A stretch of DNA of 64,000 nucleotides from an uncultured Planctomycetota bacterium (GCA_963823665.1 CAWGMQ010000005.1:1376001-1440000); one strand, 5' to 3'; shown: positions 23,489 to 35,266, counted from the first letter of the stretch. Notes: generated by a model from the sequence alone, not told the origin. Made by a program: numbers and translations.

Positions 23489-24418
23489 TTGGAAACATCT
23501 TACAGGTTTAACATCGGGGACGTAACCTCCGAACGATACCTCGTTCGGGGCCTCCTCGGCCGCGGGGGTATGGGTGCGGTCCTGCGCGTCCACGATAGAA
23601 TCCGGGAGACCGAGTTCGCGTTGAAGTACTGTGAGGAAATAAGACTTCATCAGCGTTTCGGGCGCGAGGTTAGATGCATGAGTCGTGTGAAGAGCAACCA
23701 CGTTATCGAGATCGTCGATTCCAGTATCGACAACGACCCGCCGTACTTCGTTATGCCCCTCGCCGTCGGATCGCTCGAAGAAAAGTTAACCGAGTACAAA
23801 GGCGACGAGGCAGGAATCTTGTCCATCATGGACCGGATCTGTTTCGGCGAGGATGCCGGACACCCACCTTCTGCGGAGCGTCGGACACTCGCCTTATGCA
23901 TGCTGGTAATGACCAGGGGCCGCGGTATTGCGCCGAATGTGCGAGCCGCTAATGAATGGATGCGGGAGGCCGCGACAAAAGGATGGGTATCTGGAATCCC
24001 TCTGGCTCCCCTCAGAGGTTATGTGTCCGGCTCCCCCGGCGGTGAAGAAGAGAACCTCGATCGTGCACTGACCGTGATCTTGAACGCATCGGCGACGGAA
24101 GTCTCCCAGCAGCCCGCGCCGCCGATCGGCCTACGTGCGTTCGCGACCGCCAACGCCGGTATCCGCGTCGAGTGGGCCTATAACACGATCAGCCCGCCGG
24201 TCGTCCTGATCGGCTTCCATGTCTACATCGGCACCGGCGGCAGCCCGAACTATTCCAGCGCCGCGGCGACGATCAGCTACGCGGGCGCGATCGCCGGGAC
24301 GTTCGTCGCCAACGTGGCCGGGCTTACAAGCGGTACGAACTACACCATCGGCGTCCGGGCCTATAACACAGTCACCGAAGAACCGAACACCATCACGTTT
24401 TCGAGAAAGTGTACGTGA
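23489..24418 (+). pseudogene. Chimeric ORF: Ser/Thr kinase N-lobe, Sel1-like piece, fibronectin-III-like piece
   Basis: LGRGGMGAV, FALK, PYFVMPL but no HRD or DFG; then GRGIAPNVRAANEWMREAATKG; then GIRVEW...YTIGVRAYN. Confidence 0.65.
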
Positions 24419-24759
24419 TCTCATGAGGTCCATTCGGAAACCATCGAAACGTGGGATAGCTCCCGATGCGCTTAGGGTCGATATCGATATCAAGGTGCAA
24501 GCGAATAACCTCGAGATTCCAGTTGGCACCCTGGTCAGGATCGCACTTAAAGCCCTCGGAGCGATCACAGCGCTGTTAGGAATTATTTGGGCTCTCCGGA
24601 AGTGATCCGGCCGCCGCCACCATCGCCCGTAGGCTGTCGGCATTGCGAAGCATGGTCACCATCGCCCGTCAAATTGGACGTGTCGCGTGGTGGCTCGACG
24701 TTGGTGGTCCGAAATCCGAGCCATAACGTGACACCCGAGGCCCCGGCCTCGACGGCTGG

Positions 24760-25110
24760 CGACGCCTGCCCAAGAAGGCCGCGGAGCTGGCGCCATCGCC
24801 CCGCGGCAAGCGAGACTTGGCCCTCTTGCTCTTGATGCACGATCTCGGCTTGCGCCGCGGCGAATGCGTCGAGCTCGACCTGGGCGACGTCGAGCTGGAC
24901 GACAACCCGGCCGTGTCGGCCGTCGGCAAGGGAAAGACGGAATCGGAGCGTCTAACCCGGGCCTCCGGGCCGTGCGCGGCACTCCGCGGATCACCGCGCA
25001 CGGCCCCGAGGCCGGTCCGTTGTTCGTCAGGCTTGATCCCGAATCTGGGCCCGCGCTCGAGCGATTGACCGGCGATTCCGTGTGCCGAATGGTGGCGCGT
25101 TTGGGGGAGT
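24760..25110 (+). pseudogene. Tyrosine recombinase fragment, truncated at a REP-like motif
   Basis: KRDLALLLLMHDLGLRRGECVELDLGDV (box I), VGKGKTE, RLTGDSVCRMVARLG; the HxxR and Tyr region is missing. Confidence 0.75.
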
Positions 25111-25130
25111 GAAACCGGGGACGCGGCTAG
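25103..25130 (+). repeat. Family-B REP-like motif GGGGAGTGAAACCGGGACGCAGCTAG (copy 1 of 10)
   Basis: Other copies at 25623, 35008, 35035, 35748, 35926, 35949, 37508, 37542 and 41639, all on the + strand. Confidence 0.9.
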
Positions 25131-25162
25131 ATTCGCCGTTACACGAACACCAATCCTAACGA

Positions 25163-25622
25163 TGTCGTTCCGAGTTCCGAGACTCGCGTTCCGGGGACAC
25201 CATCCCTAACTCCCCGCCTCAGTGCCCATCTTCACGAGGTCCGCGTTGGCTCGGCATGCCGCAGGTACACTGTGCGCCAGAAGCCGATCCATCGGACCGA
25301 GCACCGCCCATATCCTCGATCCGTTCGGGCCGTCTCACACGGATAGAATCTGTTCCAGAACCCAGTCATAAACACCGAGCAATGCTTCCACTCGTCCTTC
25401 CTCCACCATGGATTCCAGCGGGATGGACGGCCTCCTGGCGATGCTATCTACGGGAAGGAAAATGCCTGGAATCGCATTGAGTCGATTCAACTTCTCAATC
25501 CGAAGAGCCTCTGCGCCAAAGGGCGGCCTTTTCAGGTAATGCTGGAAATGCGTCTCGAAGGTGCCGTACGTGTAAACCGCGAAGAGCGGGTAGTCGATCC
25601 CCTTGAGCTGAGCGACCGGGAC
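25163..25622. repeat. Roughly 460-bp diverged duplicate of 37598-38058, including the 3' end of the nuclease gene
   Basis: Continuous high similarity from tgtcgttccgagttccgagact to gaccgggacg. Confidence 0.9.
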
Positions 25623-25907
25623 GGGGGAATGAAACTGGGACGCAGCTAGTTTTTCATCCCGTTGGCAAAATCAAATCGACACACTTCGCACTTGAACCAG
25701 AAAAAGTGGCGCGAACCGAAAACACGAACACCAACAAAGGCCGAACCAATCAGCAGACCGCTGCGCAGCGAAAAAGGGAATTCTCCCGCTTTCCCTTTTG
25801 CAGTCGCGCGGACTCGGCTAGAATAACGGTCTAGTCCGTTTCTAGAAAAGTTCTAGGCTTTGACTTGGTCATCGCCAACGGCAAGCCTTGACCTATCTGA
25901 AGGCAAA

Positions 25908-26149
25908 ATGGGAGCTAGGTCTAAGAGGCAAGATAAGCGCATCCGATACCACGATCACGCTCTCGATCGTATTCGCGAACGCGGAATATCTCGCGAACAA
26001 GTGGCTCGAACTTTGCGAAGTCCAGACGCGGAAAGGCCAGCGTAAATCCAGAATGCCAAGCGATTCGAGAAGGCCCTCTCGCGCGCAGGCGATTGGTTGT
26101 GATCGCGAAAGAGACGCCAACCGAATTCTCGGTAATCTCTGCTTGGTGA
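25908..26149 (+). pseudogene. DUF4258/BrnT-like toxin with an internal stop (26043) and a frameshift
   Basis: IRYHDHALDRIRERGISREQVARTLRSPD; downstream piece LVVIAKETPTEFSVISAW; upstream of a DUF2283 gene. Confidence 0.65.
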
Positions 26150-26173
26150 TCGGCGTTTTCGCGGAACAAGACA

Positions 26174-26464
26174 ATGCAAACAGCACGAAAGGTTGTCGGA
26201 TTCGAACTGTCTCTCAGCGGCCGCAGTGACGGCACGCTCGAGACCGCATACGTCCGTTTTCAAAAAGGCGACGTCGCGAGCACGCGGGAACTTGTCGAAG
26301 ACACACTCATCGCTGATTACGACAGCAGAGGACGGCTGATCGGGATCGAGATTCTTGCACCTGTCAGTCTTGCCACTCTCGCCAGGCAAGTAGGCGTTGC
26401 ACGAAGGAGCTCGTTCCGCAAATTCCTGAAGCACTCAGCACCGCGGCAGTTGATCCAAGCCTGA
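26174..26464 (+). CDS. DUF2283-family antitoxin-like protein
   Basis: AYVRFQKGDVASTREL...IADYDSRGRLIGIEIL. Confidence 0.8.
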   Translation: MQTARKVVGFELSLSGRSDGTLETAYVRFQKGDVASTRELVEDTLIADYDSRGRLIGIEILAPVSLATLARQVGVARRSSFRKFLKHSAPRQLIQA

Positions 26465-26500
26465 AGACTACGTCCACCGAAAGGGTGTCACTCAGGAATC

Positions 26501-26513
26501 CCAGACACCCATC
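26501..26513 (+). repeat. Family-C REP-like motif CCAGACACCCA(T/C)C
   Basis: Further copies at 27531, 33758, 34297 and 34368 (+) and 27586-27604 (-). Confidence 0.75.
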
Positions 26514-26781
26514 AACCGTGCCGATCAATGATTGTTCGGGGTTCGACGCAGGGCCTCGAGCCAGCCATCGATTACGCCGATTAACGACTGCACTCTCGGT
26601 TGGCTCTTATTCTGTGAGTGTCTCCCGCCGATCGCCATTGCGATCTCAGAGCGACACAGCCGAGATCGCCCTCCCAGGGTGGCGCCTCCGCGGTCGATTC
26701 GAACTGGAAAACCGGTGTCTGTCGAACGATGTCTTGCGATCCAGCGACAGTGCGTGTGTCTCGATCGGTGTCTTGCGATCC

Positions 26782-27192
26782 TCATCGGACCTGCCAATCC
26801 TCGATCACGAGGCCAGCGACGCGGCTGAACTCGGTGGTGTTGTGCGTGACGAGCGTGCAGCCGTTCGCAAGGGCGATAGCCGCGATCAGCATGTCATTGC
26901 CGCCGATCGTCTGTCCGCGCGCGGACAGCTCCGCTCGAATCCGGCCATACGGTGCGGCGGCAGCATCATCGAACGGGAGCGAAAGGAATTGTTGCCGTAA
27001 CTGTTGAACGCGCAAGGCTGTGTTCGCCCGGTGGGCCGGGTCGGATCGTTCGACGCCGAACAGGAGCTCGGCGACGACCACCGAACACAAAACGATCTCG
27101 GTCGGTGTTTGTGCCTGGATACGGGCGACGATTCGCGGCTGATTCTGCCGCAGCCAGCCGATGCAGGTGTTGGAATCGAGCGGGTACGTCAC
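26782..27192 (-). CDS. vapC: VapC PIN-domain toxin
   Basis: LDSNTCI, CSVVVAELLFG, LPFDDAAA..YG.IRA, IGGNDMLIAAIALA...LVTHNTTEFSRV. Confidence 0.92.
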   Translation of the reverse strand: MTYPLDSNTCIGWLRQNQPRIVARIQAQTPTEIVLCSVVVAELLFGVERSDPAHRANTALRVQQLRQQFLSLPFDDAAAAPYGRIRAELSARGQTIGGNDMLIAAIALANGCTLVTHNTTEFSRVAGLVIEDWQVR

Positions 27193-27425
27193 GACAGCGG
27201 CTCTCGCTCTTCCACGGGGAGTTGGGGCAGACGCTCGAACGTTGGATCGGTGATGCTACCGGCCATCGACTGCACCCAGGCCGCCCATTCTGCGTGGGTA
27301 ATCTCCTTCGCCGCCGCTTCGATGACGACTTGGACCTCCCGGTCGGCCTGGTCGGGACCGAGCGGCACGTCCAGGTGGAGCGTGCCGTCGGGGCCGGTCC
27401 GGGAGTGAAGAACAATGCGGGTCAT
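27189..27425 (-). CDS. Cognate antitoxin of vapC
   Basis: 78 aa, 4-nt overlap with vapC, AGGAG RBS; paralog at 40581. Confidence 0.8.
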   Translation of the reverse strand: MTRIVLHSRTGPDGTLHLDVPLGPDQADREVQVVIEAAAKEITHAEWAAWVQSMAGSITDPTFERLPQLPVEEREPLS

Positions 27426-27603
27426 GGTCGATTCTCCTTTCGCTTAGATTATACCTCGCCGCGTACTTCAATCTGCCCGGAGAGATCCAAGACACCTAGT
27501 ATTTGCGCGGCCTTCAGATCTGAGACGCAAGGACACCCATCAATCACACCGGCGAATGATTGCATGGTTCGTTGACGTGCGTTCTGTGGGTGTCTGAATT
27601 CCC

Positions 27604-28032
27604 CACGACTGCGACGCGTGCATGGACCCGGCCGCACGCGTCGTAGTACTCGCGAATCGCTATATCGGTCCCGGAACCGGCCGCCTCGGGTGCGAATCGT
27701 CGGGTGACCCAGCCGCTCACAAGCCCCCCCAGCACTGCGATTGGTACGAGGAGCCACACGCGCGGAGTTCCTCCCACGGCAGAAGGAACCAAGAGAGTTT
27801 CCCCTGCCGGTCCTCCGGGCCGATACCCTGCGCACTGGGTGAGCGCCAATCGCGTCACGACCTCGCAGGCCGCGAGGAACGCAATCGCCAGGGCCGCGAC
27901 GACCGCGCCGAGAACCACGGAAGCAATCAGCAAACGAAACCGGCTTACGGGTGGGACGTCGGAACTCACGGTACGTTGACCATTAATCGCCGTCTGGATA
28001 ACCAAGGGTGAGGGGAGCGTCGCGAAGCTCAT
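27604..28032 (-). pseudogene. ClC chloride channel N-terminal fragment, truncated at a family-C motif
   Basis: Two hydrophobic segments then GGLVSGW...FAPEAAGSGTD (GSGxx selectivity motif); homology ends at ggggaattcagacacccac. Confidence 0.7.
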
Positions 28033-28212
28033 AATATTCTCCCGGTGACGGATGCGGCATTCCCCTGAAACTCCGGTCAAGACGGTTGTCAGTTGTCCGC
28101 CGCTCAAGTTCTGCAGCTCATTGCGCAGCCCTCTGCACCGATCACGCGCAGCGAAATGACGAACAGCCGGCATGAACGATCGCGCCTGCTCCAACTAGCG
28201 CTCGAACGAGAC

Positions 28213-28596
28213 TCACGTCATCCGTTCCACCCACCTGGCCCGCCACGCCGGCGGCTCAAACGGCTCCGCGAAGTACTGCGTCTCGCGCACGACCTTTCCT
28301 GCCTCAAACTCCATGATGCTCACCGTGTTGACGCGACGCCCCTCATACGTGATCTCATACTCGGTGACCCAGAGATCACCACCGCCGACAATCCGCCGGA
28401 CGACAAAGCCCGACGGCCTGGCCGGGTGCTGGCTGCGGAGGGCTTGCACGTTGTGCCGCCCGCGGACTCGCTCCCCCGACTGTGGGTACTCGACGACGGC
28501 ATCCTCGTTGTAGATCTCGTGTTCGGCCTCCTGATCACCCGCAGCGGAGGCGGTCCAGTGTTTTTCCAGGGCTGCGCGGATTTGCATATCATTCAT
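28213..28596 (-). CDS. SnoaL/NTF2-like protein
   Basis: HEIYNEDAVVEYPQSGERVRGR, SIMEFEAGKVVRETQYFAEPF. Confidence 0.85.
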   Translation of the reverse strand: MNDMQIRAALEKHWTASAAGDQEAEHEIYNEDAVVEYPQSGERVRGRHNVQALRSQHPARPSGFVVRRIVGGGDLWVTEYEITYEGRRVNTVSIMEFEAGKVVRETQYFAEPFEPPAWRARWVERMT

Positions 28597-28643
28597 TTCA
28601 GCCTCCCTTCGTCTGGGCTGCGCTGCCGGACACCTGCCCCGAG

Positions 28644-28920
28644 TTACCCGAGGTGCCCCTGAGTTTCGTGGACGTAGCACCACGTCCACGTAGCCCCGGG
28701 CATTACGGATCGCATCACCGGATGACCCGCCTCATGGAAGTGCCTTGTCGCATGCTTGCCGGGCGAGGAGTCACAGCAGCCGACATGGCCAAACGCCTGG
28801 CACTCCCGCAGCCCGTGCCTTCTTTCAGGCTCAGGCGCTCCTCACAGGCCCCTGGGGCGTTCGCGGCGGTGGGAAGTCGGCCGCTGTCAGCTCCTGCAGG
28901 TGTTCACACGGCTTTTTCAT
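28644..28920 (-). pseudogene. UBP-type zinc-finger protein, damaged in the middle
   Basis: MKKPCEHL start after an AGGAG RBS; GHVGCCDSSPGKHATRHFHEAGHPVMRS...WTWCYVHE; not in the ORF track. Confidence 0.75.
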
Positions 28921-28969
28921 AGGCTTCTCCTTGTGAATACTTGGCAATCTCTGTGTTTTGCCTTACCGA

Positions 28970-30019
28970 TCAAACCCAGCCATCCTCCGGCGCCTCGGCA
29001 CCGAACCAGCGTTCCGTGATCACTTTCTTTCGCGTGTAGAAAGCAACGGCGTCAGCACCCTGCGTATTGAGATAACCGTAAATTGAATTCTTCCAGCCTC
29101 CGAACGGAAAGAACCCCATCGGCGCCGGCACGCCGACATTGATGCCGAGCATCCCGGCCTGGATGCGTTCGCGGAAAGTGCGGGCCGCCGCCCCGGATTG
29201 CGTGAAAAGGCAAGCCGTGTTGCCGTATCGGCTGCGGTTCGCCAACGTGATCGCCGCGTCCAGGTCCGGGGCGCGCATCAGGCTCACCACCGGGCCAAAG
29301 ATCTCCTCTCGGCCGACGAACATCTCCGGCGTAACATCGTCGAAGACCGTCGGCCCGATGAAGCAACCCCGCGGCCTGTGAGGTACGGTTTGGGAACGGC
29401 CGTCGAGGCGAAGCCGGGCTCCTTCCGCCACACCTCGCTCGATCGCTGCCCGGATCCGCTTTTCCTCCTTCGGGTTCACCACGGGACAGAGCGTCGCGGT
29501 GTCGTCTAGGCCGTCTCCCAGTTTGAGTTCACCCGCCGAGCGGATGAAGGCATCGACGACGGCGTCCTGTCGCACTCGATCGCCGACCGCCACCAGCACG
29601 CTCCCGGCGAGACAGCGCTGTCCCGCGGAGCCAAAGCACGATCCAATCAGGTCGGGCAGGATGCGCTCCAGGTCGGCATCGGGCAGGACGAGCAGATGGT
29701 TCTTCGCTCCGCCGTGCGCCACGTCCGAGAAGTTCTTTTCCAGCAGCCCCCGGAACTTGAACAGGACGTGGGCCCGATCCGGCGCTGGAGTGGCGCGCCA
29801 GCCAGGGAAGGCTCGGGCGGCAGCAGCGCATGCCTCGTCCACCTGCTCCGGCGCGGCCTCGCGCACCGGCGCCAGCATCTCGGCCGTGTCCGCCGGATTG
29901 TAGATGTCGCGGCTCGTGTTCCCACGGCCCTCGACCCAGGTTCCACCGATTAGGTTGAGCGCGGAAGCCGAACGCGAGGACCTGGCCGGCGACCGATCGA
30001 TGGCAGCAATAATGCTCAT
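28970..30019 (-). pseudogene. mmsA: Methylmalonate-semialdehyde dehydrogenase-like aldehyde dehydrogenase with a large in-frame internal deletion
   Basis: GGAKNH, FGSAGQRCLAGS, EEIFGPV, GINVGVPAP present; the NAD-binding segment (PFNFP, KPSE, FVGS) is missing between KNFSDVA and HGGAKNH. Confidence 0.8.
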
Positions 30020-30107
30020 AAAGTCCTCCGAAAGCATGAGAGTCTGTTCACGGACGTTCTGTCGAGGTCGCTCAGTCTGCTGTCGAGCGGACAGGGGAGC
30101 GGTCGGT

Positions 30108-31091
<984 letters not shown>

Positions 31092-31177
31092 GGACTTTCT
31101 CCTCATGCACTCTCTGGCGGGATTTCCCAGCGTTAGGTGACCCTGGGAGGGGCTGTCTGTCCGAGTTCTCCCCCGGA

Positions 31178-31826
31178 TCAGTTGTCAAGGAACACCACGT
31201 TCTTCTCGATGGCCTCGCGGCCGATGTGCAGCTTATTGGCGGGGAACTCCGGGTCGGAGTAGCCGACCGCCAGGCCGCACAGGATCGACAGTTCCGCCGG
31301 GATCGCCAGTTGCGCGGACGATCTCGGGATACCCCGCAATCGAGACCTCGACACAAGTCCCCACGCCTCGTGCGGTCAAGGCCAGCAGCAACGTCTGCAG
31401 GTACATCCCCACACCCAGGGCGTCCGCCGGGCCGAGATCCCGGTGCATGCAGACGATCCCGGCCAGCGGCGCTCTGAAGAATTCCCAGTTGCGCAAGACG
31501 GCGGCATCATGGCCCGCCTTGTCCTCGCGGGCGATTCCCATCGCCCCGTAGACTTGGGCGCCCAGCTCGCGGCGATAGTGCCGAAACGCTTCGGGCAGGG
31601 GCGGGATGTTGGGTGGCCGACGCTGGGCCTCCTCGAGTAGGGCCTTGACCAGCCGGTCTCGAGCCGGCCCGGATGCGAACACCACGTGCCACGGCTGGAT
31701 GTCGGAGTTGGACGGCGCGTGCTGAGCCAGGACGAGAGACTCTTCGACCAATGCCCGCGGCACCGGCTGGGGCAAAAACAGCCGCGTCGAATGGCGCTCT
31801 CGGATCACCTGCTCAAGGTCGAACAT
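31178..31826 (-). CDS. Nitroreductase family protein; frameshift near 31310
   Basis: [36 protein letters not shown]; alternative frame [16 protein letters not shown]. Confidence 0.88.
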
Positions 31827-32085
31827 GGTGACTCCTCCTGCCGAAAGAAAGCATGTAAGCCATGCGTTCCCCCAAAGCGGGTGTCCTTGAGGGGTGACAA
31901 CTCCCTGACAACCACCCGTCAGGAGCCATGGTCACGATTCTCGGGCTGGCCCCCGGCACGGTCAAGTCCTAGAGATGGTGCTGTGCTGTCGCTCCGCACG
32001 ACGTTCAGGTTAATTCTCCCGGGATGGATCGTCCCGGGCAGCGAGGCGGCTACCCGTCCGACGGGGAGGCTATTGACGGGCCGAG

Positions 32086-33681
32086 TCAGATATTGGCCAG
32101 CTCGCCGAAATACCCCCGGTCCTCGTGTTCGCCGCCCTCCCCCTCGCCGAAGGCTTTGTGGCTCTCGCAGAACTGGATTTCCCGGATCCACTTGACCATC
32201 TTGAAGCCGAGCTGGTTCTCGACCCGCAGCCGTAGGGGCGTGCCGTGCAGCGTCTTGAGCGGCTCGCCGTTCATCTCGTAGGCCAGCAACGTCTGGGGGT
32301 GCATGAGGTTCTGCAGCGAGTGGCAGTCGTAATACGGGCCCCCATCATGTCCTTCGCCGAACGAGTAGAACGCCGCCACCCGCGCCTCCGGCTTCGGCCG
32401 GACCAGCTTGATCAACTCCGCCATGGGAAGCCCGCCCCACTCGGCGATGCCCGACCAGCCTTGAATGCAATGGTGCAGCGTGATCTGGGTATTCTTGCCC
32501 ATCGCCCGGATCTCGTCCAGCGACAGTTCGACCGGGTTCTCCACCAGGCCGGAGACCTTGAGGCGGTAGTCCCTGAAGTCATCGGCGGCGAGGGTCCTCC
32601 ATTCGTCGCTAGTGGGCACCTTGCCGTTCGGCCAGAAGTAGGGCGAGATGTCCTCACGGCGGAACTCCGCAACCGGAACGGCGCGATCGAGCAGGAGCTC
32701 CATGACGGGCGTGACGATCGCCCGAGCGAGATGCTGGATGGTCCGGGGATACCACCACGACATCCCGTTGGCCAGCGCGTTGAGCGCCACGACCACGCCG
32801 AGTCCCACTAGGCCCAGATACAGCCCGAGCGAGCCGGTATCGTCCGTGCCGAGCACGATATGGTTCATGTTCCGCATGAGCCCGGTGAGGGCCACCATGG
32901 TCACATGGCCGACGAGGAAGGCGACGAAGGCGCACATGATGAGGAAGTGGAGTGACCGGCCGATCTGGCGGTTGCCGGGCAGCTTCGGATACCACGCGAA
33001 TCGATTGGTCAGGGCCGGCGACATCGAGAGCCCGGTCAGGATCGCCAGGGGAGCCAGGAGGAAAACCACCGCGAAGTAGGTCAAATGCTGGAGGGCGTTG
33101 TAGCGGTAGAACCCGTTCGGTTCGGGCGGCATGTGGAACGTGGCGTAATGGACGAAGATGGTCCAGGCATCAGGCACGATCGACCAGGAGGGCGGCACCA
33201 GCCGCCTCCATTGCCCGGTCCCGAAGAGCAGGGCTACGAAGACCAGGCCGTTGCCCACCCAGAACAGCACGCACAGGAAGTGCCAGTGCCGGGCCATGCC
33301 GACGGTGAACCGGTAGCCGGGCAGGCCGATCCAGGGAGAGAGGTAGCGGTTGTCGTCGTTGGCCGTCCAGACGCGGTCCTTCGGCACGTCGATCGGCGTC
33401 AGTCGCAGCCACTCGGTGCCGGGTGTGCAGTGGACGTTCCAATACAACCGAGGGTGGTCCATGAGGATCTGCAAGCCGCTACGGACGAGCAGGATGAGGA
33501 ACAGGAAGTTGACGTAATGGGTGATCCGGAGCCACGCCGGGAAGCCGTGGGGCGCGGCAGCCTCGGGAGCCGCCTCGGGACTGACGGGAACCTGCGGCAG
33601 GCCGAATACGGCCCATTGCGCGTAGGCCGCGGCCACAGGGAGCAGGACGGCCGCGAGGAGCATCACTCGCCGATTTCTCAT
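32086..33681 (-). CDS. Cytochrome b plus molybdopterin oxidoreductase fusion (sulfite oxidase/MsrP-like)
   Basis: RITHYVN...SGLQI, RHWHF, YNALQ, HCIQGWS, LAYEMNGEPL..HGTPLRLRVENQLGFKMVKWI. Confidence 0.9.
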   Translation of the reverse strand: MRNRRVMLLAAVLLPVAAAYAQWAVFGLPQVPVSPEAAPEAAAPHGFPAWLRITHYVNFLFLILLVRSGLQILMDHPRLYWNVHCTPGTEWLRLTPIDVPKDRVWTANDDNRYLSPWIGLPGYRFTVGMARHWHFLCVLFWVGNGLVFVALLFGTGQWRRLVPPSWSIVPDAWTIFVHYATFHMPPEPNGFYRYNALQHLTYFAVVFLLAPLAILTGLSMSPALTNRFAWYPKLPGNRQIGRSLHFLIMCAFVAFLVGHVTMVALTGLMRNMNHIVLGTDDTGSLGLYLGLVGLGVVVALNALANGMSWWYPRTIQHLARAIVTPVMELLLDRAVPVAEFRREDISPYFWPNGKVPTSDEWRTLAADDFRDYRLKVSGLVENPVELSLDEIRAMGKNTQITLHHCIQGWSGIAEWGGLPMAELIKLVRPKPEARVAAFYSFGEGHDGGPYYDCHSLQNLMHPQTLLAYEMNGEPLKTLHGTPLRLRVENQLGFKMVKWIREIQFCESHKAFGEGEGGEHEDRGYFGELANI

Positions 33682-34072
33682 GTATAAATTCCTATCATAT
33701 GTGGCCTGGGGAGCTCGGCCCCTCGCTCGAGGGGCACGGCGTCGTTTTCCTGAGAAGCCAGACACCCACCCTCTGGAGTCAGTTTATTCGGATGCGAGGC
33801 GCACGTCACTCGCGCACCGGTCCGAACTCCGCGCTCGCTGTATCGCCGCGGCCGATGCCGCGCGTCATACGCGCCGTGGCACCACCGTGAACAAGCCTCT
33901 GCGCTTCGTCGCCGGCGCTTGCACCGTCGGTTGCTGGTAACCGCTCAGTATGGACAGCGGTACTTCGTCGCTTACCGCGCCGGCCACGGCAACGCCGCTA
34001 GCTGGCCTCAAGTCAACCGAGTCCTGCGTCTGGCACTGCGACCAGGGCTCAACGAGTAAGCGAGCAGCTTAC

Positions 34073-34290
34073 TTACAAAAACGCAGCTTGCGCGGCAGCC
34101 TTCCCCTGAAACCACTGCCGCGAGCAACGTGGCGCCGTGCGCACGAGCGAAGTTGCTCGAGCTGCGGCCTGCTTGAACATGCGGCCAAACTCGCGCACCG
34201 TGTCGACCCAGTTCGATCGATCCACACCGAGCCGGTCCAAGATCGGAGCCAGGTCTTCAGCACGCCAGAATTGCAGCCTCATCAAGCAAG
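34073..34290 (-). pseudogene. C-terminal remnant of a long RAYT-like Y1 transposase
   Basis: LAPILDRLGVDRSNWVDTVREFGRMFK resembles the C-terminus of long REP-associated transposases (recognised from memory); abuts a family-C motif. Confidence 0.55.
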
Positions 34291-34296
34291 TGGATC

Positions 34297-34436
34297 CCAG
34301 ACACCCATCCTTTCGTGGATCCCGTACACCCACTCATTCGCGGCTTGCACGTTCAGCGCAATGTATTCCAGACACCCATCATTTCGTCATGGCCCCAGCA
34401 TCCACTCATTCGCAGCTCGCACGTTCGATGCAAGAC
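34297..34436 (+). repeat. Two tandem units of about 71 bp, each starting with the family-C motif
   Basis: ccagacacccatc...ccactcattcgc.gct.gcacgttc occurs twice. Confidence 0.8.
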
Positions 34437-34533
34437 CACGGCCTCTGGTCATTTCGAAAACGCAGAACGCGGGTGCCCGACGCTCGACAAACGGTGAGTG
34501 TTCGACATCCCCGCAAGCGTCGGCCGTCGCGCC

Positions 34534-35007
34534 TCAGTCGCTTCGCGCGCGGCGGCCGACTCGGCGTTGCCGGCGCCGCAAGCGTTGAACGCCGCGCTCA
34601 TACTCAAGAAGGCGGGCAAGCGACGACCCGCCAGGCAAGCCTCGCAGCCCCAGGTAGAGCTCGTTCTGGACCATTTGCCAGTTCTCTCCAGGCGCTTCAA
34701 GAATCGGACCCGAGTGCGGCTTCGGCCATCCGCCGGTGCGCGCACGGTGTGCATCAGCCCACGCCAGGATATGTTCCACAGTGAAGGGAACAAGGCCCTG
34801 CACATTCCGCAATCCGCGCTCTTCAGCGAGCAAGCGAGCAATCGATGATCCGCCAGCAAGACCGCGCAAGCCAACGTAGAGAGCGTCATGAACGCTGTGC
34901 CATGTCTCGCCCGGTGCCTCAGGGATGGCGCCGGATCCGGGCTTCGGCCAGGTGCCGTGGCGGGCTTGGTGCGCGTCAGCCCATCGGAGTATTTCTTGAA
35001 TTCGAAA
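34534..35007 (-). pseudogene. 3' fragment of a planctomycete repeat protein (ILAWADAH..RTG.WP...RGLPGGSSLARLL)
   Basis: RGL(A/P)GGSS(I/L)ARLL occurs twice; the 5' part is cut at the family-B motif at 35008. Confidence 0.6.
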
Positions 35008-35266
35008 GGGGGAGTGAAACCGGGACGCAACTAGGGGGAGTGAAACCGGGACGCAACTAGTTTAGACGTTCTACGGACACCACGCCGTATTCCTTGGCAA
35101 AATCAAATCCACACACTTCGCTCTCGAGACGGCGTTTCTTTTGCAGAACGTCTCGCTTCTTCGCCAGCGTATTTCGTTGATTCCTCTCGATCGGCAAAGC
35201 GCCTCCAGCCTGACGCGCCGATCACCTGCACAGTGCGACGGGCCTCTTCACGTTCGGGTTGTCGGA

